Of a DNA stretch of 32,000 bases, positions 27,493 to 32,000 are shown piece after piece. Numbering within the stretch: position 1 is the first letter of the stretch; the number at the start of each line of letters is the position of its first letter. The notes beneath the pieces were generated by a model that worked only from the letters and a program-made list of their open reading frames with translations, searched no databases and was not told the DNA's origin. Origin of the DNA: Candidatus Heimdallarchaeota archaeon (GTDB lineage: Archaea > Asgardarchaeota > Heimdallarchaeia > Heimdallarchaeales > Heimdallarchaeaceae). The stretch is taken from contig DAOVER010000025.1 in the NCBI GenBank assembly GCA_030668875.1, forward strand, positions 1-32,000. The letters run 5' to 3'. Made by a program: the position numbers and the translations under genes.

Positions 27493-28776
27493 TCATTCAG
27501 GTTTAAAGTGTTTTCGCGAATATAAGAAAAGTCCTAGTGCTAAGAATAATGCCGATAGGACTATTAGTAGGATGAGATCGAATAGATGATTAGATAGGGT
27601 ATTACCGTGAAGGAGAAGTCCTCTAAAAATCCTTATAGCTGGTGCAGCACCAAGTAGATCAAACAAACCTACTGAATTTCCAAGTATATTTGGGATAACT
27701 GTTGGATTAGGTATGACAAAGAACGCACCAGAGATTAATGCTATGGGTGTTGCAGTAATTGCTGCTAAACCTCTACCTGCTGAAGCATTCCTTACTACAC
27801 CTGCAAAAATGAAACCCATTCCGCTAGTAGCTAGAGACAAGAAAATAGCAGGTAAGAAGGCATAAAGAATTTGTATGGAAAATGGGAAACCAAACAACAA
27901 TGCTGTAGCAAATGTTATAGGAATCTGTATAAACGCAATGACCATTTGACTAGCCAAAATAGAAAATACATACATTGGGGGTGTAACTTTACTGAGTCTA
28001 AGTCGTTTAAGAGTTCCTCTTTCTATATCACTAAGAGCAATATCAGTTGTAGAACCTAGATTGTTTAGTATTGCATAAACAATTAATCCTGGTAGAACAA
28101 AATCAAAGACAGTAAAACCAGAGGTTAATAGACTTCCATATACATCAATAATTACACCTTCAACAGGAGATTCCCCAAAATTAAAGAAATATTGAGTTAT
28201 CTTATCGATAATGGTCCCAGTTACGGTGAAATCTTGCAGAGTACTATCGCCTTCAACTAGTAAGACTGTTTTGAAATCTGAACTGGGATAACCTGACCAG
28301 TTTCCTGTCGCAGCAGTAAGTATAGGATCATCTCCAAATTTACTCCTAAAAGCTGCAAGGACACCTGTACTAAAGTTTTCAGGTAGCGTTACCAGAGCCA
28401 TGATGTTTCTGCTTTCAAGCAGTTCTTGAGCATCTTCATGTTCTGATTGGTTGAAGACATGAACATCAAATATTGTAACATTACTTTCTGGAAACAAAAC
28501 TGTATCAAGGACTCTGATATACTCCTCGGAATAGAAGGTTTGATTCACAATTGAAGTATTCCAAAAAGCTATAACACTTTCATCAATTCCGGTGTCATAA
28601 CTTATGATGCCTATAGTTTTTGATGAAGTAATAGGATCACTCCATTGAAATGCAAAACCGAAAACTCCTACAAAGCATAATGGAAAAATAATCGTAAAGA
28701 AAAATGCTGTCTTGTTTCGTGTTATAGAAAGTATATTTGTTTTCAGTAGGGAGTAAAATAGTTTAATTTTTGACAT
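27493..28776 (-). CDS. ABC-2 type exporter permease
   Basis: FFTIIFPL N-terminal TM, large extracellular loop, DIERGTLKRLRLS, multiple C-terminal TM helices. Confidence 0.88.
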   Translation of the reverse strand: MSKIKLFYSLLKTNILSITRNKTAFFFTIIFPLCFVGVFGFAFQWSDPITSSKTIGIISYDTGIDESVIAFWNTSIVNQTFYSEEYIRVLDTVLFPESNVTIFDVHVFNQSEHEDAQELLESRNIMALVTLPENFSTGVLAAFRSKFGDDPILTAATGNWSGYPSSDFKTVLLVEGDSTLQDFTVTGTIIDKITQYFFNFGESPVEGVIIDVYGSLLTSGFTVFDFVLPGLIVYAILNNLGSTTDIALSDIERGTLKRLRLSKVTPPMYVFSILASQMVIAFIQIPITFATALLFGFPFSIQILYAFLPAIFLSLATSGMGFIFAGVVRNASAGRGLAAITATPIALISGAFFVIPNPTVIPNILGNSVGLFDLLGAAPAIRIFRGLLLHGNTLSNHLFDLILLIVLSALFLALGLFLYSRKHFKPE

Positions 28777-28792
28777 CTAATCACCTTTCTTC

Positions 28793-29794
28793 CTATTCTC
28801 TTAGGGCTTTCCCTGTAAGACCAATGAACACATCTTCTAATGTACTTCCACGAAGTTGTAAGCTTTTAATATAATCAGTAACATCCAATTTCACAGCAAT
28901 CTCAATTATATCAGGTATAAGAGATGCACCATTCTTTGTGAAAATCTTAATTTTATTTTCATGGAATGTAATCTTCGAAAACTCTTTTCGTAGATCTACA
29001 ATAAATGAATCATTGAGTTTGGCATCTAAACTTTCGTCCATAATAAGTTCTATTAATTCTTCAGCACCATATGTGGTTTTCAATTCATCAGGAGTTCCTT
29101 GAGCTATGATTTTTCCATAATCTATAATCAAAATGCGGTCACAGAGTCGGTCAGCAACTTCCATCAAATGGGTTGTTAGTATTATAGAAATTCCTTCCTT
29201 TTTAGACAATCTTTCAATATTTTCCCAAAGAATATGACGGCTTTGTGGATCCATGCCTGCACTTGGTTCATCTAGAAACAATATTTTTGGAGAATGTAAC
29301 ATCCCCAAAACTAAATTTAGTCTTCTTTTCTGACCACCACTTAATTTTTCTGCTCTTCTTCTCTTAAGTTCCGTCAGTTGAAAAAGGTCAAAGAGTTCAT
29401 TTATTCTAGCTTTCTTATTTTGTATCTGATAACAATCAGCAAAAAGCTCAGCATTCTCCTGAACAGTTAAAAAGTCATAAAAAACCAATTCTTGAGGTGT
29501 GTAACCAATTAATTCACGGATTGTTTTGTAATCATTAATATCCTTGCCGTAAATTGAAAAATCCCCTTTAGTTTTTTGAATTATTCCAAGTAAAATGGAA
29601 ATGGTAGTAGTCTTTCCAGCTCCATTAGGACCCAGAAAACCTAGAACTTCTCCATCAAATAACTCAAAATTCACACCACGAACTGCATGTACTTTTCCAT
29701 CATAGATTTTCTCTAAGTTTTTAGTTTCCACTACTATCTCTTTGAGTGATTTATTTACTGCCTGATTCTTTGCTTCAACAGCTTCTTCAACCAT
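28793..29794 (-). CDS. ABC-2 type exporter ATP-binding protein (DrrA-like)
   Basis: GPNGAGKTT, LSGGQKRR, LDEPSAGMDP, TTHLMEVAD, LEDVFI.LTG..LRE. ATG at 29794 has TATATAAG (29818-29825, minus strand) upstream; the track's longer start overlaps a pseudogene. Confidence 0.92.
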   Translation of the reverse strand: MVEEAVEAKNQAVNKSLKEIVVETKNLEKIYDGKVHAVRGVNFELFDGEVLGFLGPNGAGKTTTISILLGIIQKTKGDFSIYGKDINDYKTIRELIGYTPQELVFYDFLTVQENAELFADCYQIQNKKARINELFDLFQLTELKRRRAEKLSGGQKRRLNLVLGMLHSPKILFLDEPSAGMDPQSRHILWENIERLSKKEGISIILTTHLMEVADRLCDRILIIDYGKIIAQGTPDELKTTYGAEELIELIMDESLDAKLNDSFIVDLRKEFSKITFHENKIKIFTKNGASLIPDIIEIAVKLDVTDYIKSLQLRGSTLEDVFIGLTGKALRE

Positions 29795-29847
29795 AGTTTT
29801 CAATTCTTTATACGCTCTTATATACCTAGCTCTTTGATTTCCAATAC

Positions 29848-30140
29848 ACGAATGCAATAAGAGATGATACTCATGTTGTAGAACATGAAAGGGATTTAGG
29901 TTCTAAAATATGGGAATCGTGAATCATTTTGTTCCAACAATTCATCTTTGTATGGGGTTAAGCAAAGTTGAAATCAATGGATACTCGACAGATTTTGCTG
30001 AAGTAATAAGCAGTGAATGTGGAAACAAACAGATGTTGAAGGTAACAAAAGCTTTGGCTATGACCGCAATGGATATTTTTGCTGAACCTGAACTAGTTTA
30101 AGAGATGAAAGAAGAATTTGAACAGATAAAGAAGGGATAG
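29848..30140 (+). pseudogene. Decayed 3' fragment of an M20 amidohydrolase paralogue
   Basis: NAIRDDTHVVEHERDLGS(1-nt deletion near 29905)NMGIVNHFVPTIH...EPELV*EMKEEFEQIKKG*. About 49 of 75 aa are identical (hand count) to the C-terminus of the 22461-23645 gene; internal TAA at 30099-30101. Confidence 0.88.
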
Positions 30141-30231
30141 TCTTCTCTAAAGTTTTTTTTCCATATATGTCCAAGTCACACCATCCAGCTTTGGAGATTC
30201 AGATTCTGGATACTCTTCAATTTCAACAAAA
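29848..30231. repeat. Right copy of the diverged direct repeat (M20 3' end plus GNAT 3' end)
   Basis: Homologous to 23352-23722; the 13-nt length difference is accounted for by the observed 1-, 12- and 2-nt indels. Confidence 0.8.
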
Positions 30232-30665
30232 CCTTCTGATTGATATAATTTTTGAGCAGATTTCATGAAAGGTCCAGCGTCTAATCTTAAAGAAGAATAA
30301 CCCAGTCTCTTACCTTTCTCTATTAATCTGTTAAGAAGGGATTTTCCAAGTCCTTTTCCTTGATACTCGGGTTTAACATACATCCGCTTTATTTCACCAA
30401 TTTCGGGGCTTATTCTTCTTAGGGCACCCATTCCAACAATGTTACTTTCAACTCGAACAAGATAGAACACTCCTCCTGGAGGTTGGAAAAGCTCCAGCTC
30501 ATCAAGGATTCTTGCAGCATAACTATGAGCAGAACCAATGTGTGCTTCAAGATCAATATTCAACTGCTTTTTACACTGATTCACAATCCATTGTAAATAT
30601 TCAGTATTCATTTCAAGAAGTATGGATAAGTGTTTTACAATATTCAAAGTAACAAAATCAACCAT
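30147..30665 (-). CDS. GNAT family N-acetyltransferase
   Basis: VGMGALRR, GEIKRMYVKPEYQGKGLG (acetyl-CoA motif A), LRLD, A..LYQSEGF. Confidence 0.9.
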   Translation of the reverse strand: MVDFVTLNIVKHLSILLEMNTEYLQWIVNQCKKQLNIDLEAHIGSAHSYAARILDELELFQPPGGVFYLVRVESNIVGMGALRRISPEIGEIKRMYVKPEYQGKGLGKSLLNRLIEKGKRLGYSSLRLDAGPFMKSAQKLYQSEGFVEIEEYPESESPKLDGVTWTYMEKKL

Positions 30666-31067
30666 TTTTAAACCTTCACTTTTCCTTTGCGAATTTTGAT
30701 AGTGATAGACTATAAGTAAGTATAGTTTTGTAATATTCTTCGATGCATACCTTATTCTTCTAGTATCTTAAATAATTTTTTTGCATTACTTCTTTTAACA
30801 ATTTGTTGAAACAGATTTTGCAAGTGATTTTAATAAGCACAAGAATTTTTCACATACGCTCTAGTATATATTCATAACTTAAACGCTTTAAAAACTAAAT
30901 TTGATTACAAAGTGCTTAGTTTTAGTCTTTATCGATTAATAGTTTCTCCTTGGAAGAAAGTTCAGTACCATCTAGATTATTGTTAGCAGAAATTGATAAA
31001 ACATCAATGTCGACCATACTTTCCACACACTTATATATATGATGGAAAACATAGTGCACAGATACTA

Positions 31068-31526
31068 ATGAGGTCTAAGAAAGTATTGAAATTACTCTTT
31101 ATTTTAATGATGGGTGTTTTGCTTGTACCCAATCTTGGTGTAGACGCAAGTACCTATGGTATAAATATTGAACATGTGGAATATTGTGATCTTGATGATG
31201 ACGGGAAAGAGGATGATGTGTATGCTGAAATTCTTGTCACCATGTTTGAAGGCACAAAGAATTTGATTTTTAAAACAACTTTGAAATTTGATGGAGAGAT
31301 TCTTCATTCAATATATAGAGATAATCACGTAAGAACTGAAGATGAAATATTGTACAAATTTTATTTCATCAATGTCGCATTCGAGAGTGGGTGGTACGTT
31401 CTATACGCTTGGTTCTATATATACACTGAAGTGCAAAGCGGATTTTACTTTGATATAACAATTTTCGATCCACCAGGAGGTGACCCAGACTATCCAATAG
31501 GAGGAGGGGTAGATCCAGGTCCATAA
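31068..31526 (+). CDS. Hypothetical secreted protein with DxDxDG motif and Pro/Gly-rich C-terminus
   Basis: ATG at 31068 gives a signal peptide (MRSKKVLKLLFILMMGVLLVPNLGVDA); TTATATAT at 31031-31038 upstream; DLDDDGKEDD. Confidence 0.65.
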   Translation: MRSKKVLKLLFILMMGVLLVPNLGVDASTYGINIEHVEYCDLDDDGKEDDVYAEILVTMFEGTKNLIFKTTLKFDGEILHSIYRDNHVRTEDEILYKFYFINVAFESGWYVLYAWFYIYTEVQSGFYFDITIFDPPGGDPDYPIGGGVDPGP

Positions 31527-31565
31527 ACATTTATCAAATACCTAACAAAATTAGAAACGATCTGG

Positions 31566-32000
31566 ATGAATAACATGAGAGGTTTTACTAAAGAGATACT
31601 GGATATACTTCGAATTCTCGAAAATTATCCATTAGATTCCTTTAGTGATCATGCAAGAAAACTTGGGATATCAACTCAAACGATGATAAGAAAAGTTGAA
31701 TATCTTAAGGATGCGGATAAAATAAGAGAGGTTCATTCTACACTCAATCCTGAGAAAATGGGATTGGAGAGATATGTAGTGATCTTCAAAACAACAACAG
31801 TTGAACAAATTTCATTCCTTGAACTTTCATGTGACATTCATCCATATACAAACTCTAGAAACAGACTCTTTGGTCATATGTATGGGTTATATACAGTTTT
31901 TGATATCCCAAAGGGAACGAGAAAGTATTTGGAGTCGTTTCTAGAATTCATGCTAGGGAGGGAGTTCTGCTCACATTATCAGATTTATAAATCATCAGGG
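31566..32000 (+). CDS. Lrp/AsnC-type winged-helix regulator, 3' truncated by window edge
   Basis: Not in the ORF track. MNNMRGFTKEILDILRILENYPLDSFSDHARKLGISTQTMIRKVEYLKDADKIREVHSTLNPEKMGLE..., open to the window end. Confidence 0.75.
   Translation, partial: MNNMRGFTKEILDILRILENYPLDSFSDHARKLGISTQTMIRKVEYLKDADKIREVHSTLNPEKMGLERYVVIFKTTTVEQISFLELSCDIHPYTNSRNRLFGHMYGLYTVFDIPKGTRKYLESFLEFMLGREFCSHYQIYKSSG

Noticed and set aside
23723-29847. Integrative element or prophage
   Set aside because: No integrase, transposase, replication or virion genes inside; the flanking repeats are long and diverged, not short identical att cores.
29910-30101. 63-aa ORF as a real small protein
   Set aside because: It is the stretch between a frameshift and a premature stop inside the M20 pseudogene.
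30709-30726. actata-agtaag-tatagt palindrome upstream of the GNAT gene
   Set aside because: 6-bp AT-rich arms are expected by chance at this base composition.
672-31307. Short overlapping ORFs in the track (e.g. 672-875, 1631-1849, 2676-2861, 3306-3527, 5184-5390, 5584-5808, 12350-12804, 14502-14895, 15300-15512, 16305-17089, 17863-18229 minus strand, 19161-19493, 20087-20311, 25240-25425, 27011-27319, 27871-28059, 31104-31307)
   Set aside because: Antisense or off-frame shadows of well-supported genes, with no recognisable motifs.
1-32000. tRNA, rRNA, CRISPR arrays, Sec/Pyl read-through
   Set aside because: No GC-rich cloverleaf or rRNA-like segment and no regularly spaced repeats were seen by eye. 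No recognised intact gene continues in frame past a TGA or TAG. The internal stop in the M20 remnant is TAA and is accompanied by a frameshift.

Overview
AT-rich archaeal chromosomal window, most likely from an Asgard archaeon. This is inferred from archaeal core genes (LonB, class I CCA-type protein, Trm11, UPF0200/UPF0201) found with an Arf-like GTPase and a membrane RING-H2 protein. The window opens with the right end of an IS481-family element, followed by metabolic hydrolases, an orphan ABC ATPase with a large insertion, kbl and a tandem-DOMON surface protein. A conserved core block follows: cca-like/thpR, UPF0200/0201, prs-trm11-rnz and lonB. Next come an AmrS-like radical SAM enzyme, the RING protein, a broken TnpB::methyltransferase chimera that the ORF track misses, and the Arf GTPase. 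The right third is accessory and encodes acyl/methyl transferases, an M20 hydrolase, two ABC exporters around a MarR regulator, and a GNAT. Main observations: (1) the cca-syntenic protein appears to have lost most catalytic and nucleotide-selecting residues, recalling the inactive CCA-fold protein Utp22/NOL6; (2) a ~6.1 kb ABC/MarR block is bracketed by a diverged ~370-380 bp duplication of a convergent M20/GNAT gene junction, with reciprocal decay. No tRNA, rRNA or CRISPR array was seen. All family assignments come from motif recognition by eye, not database searches.
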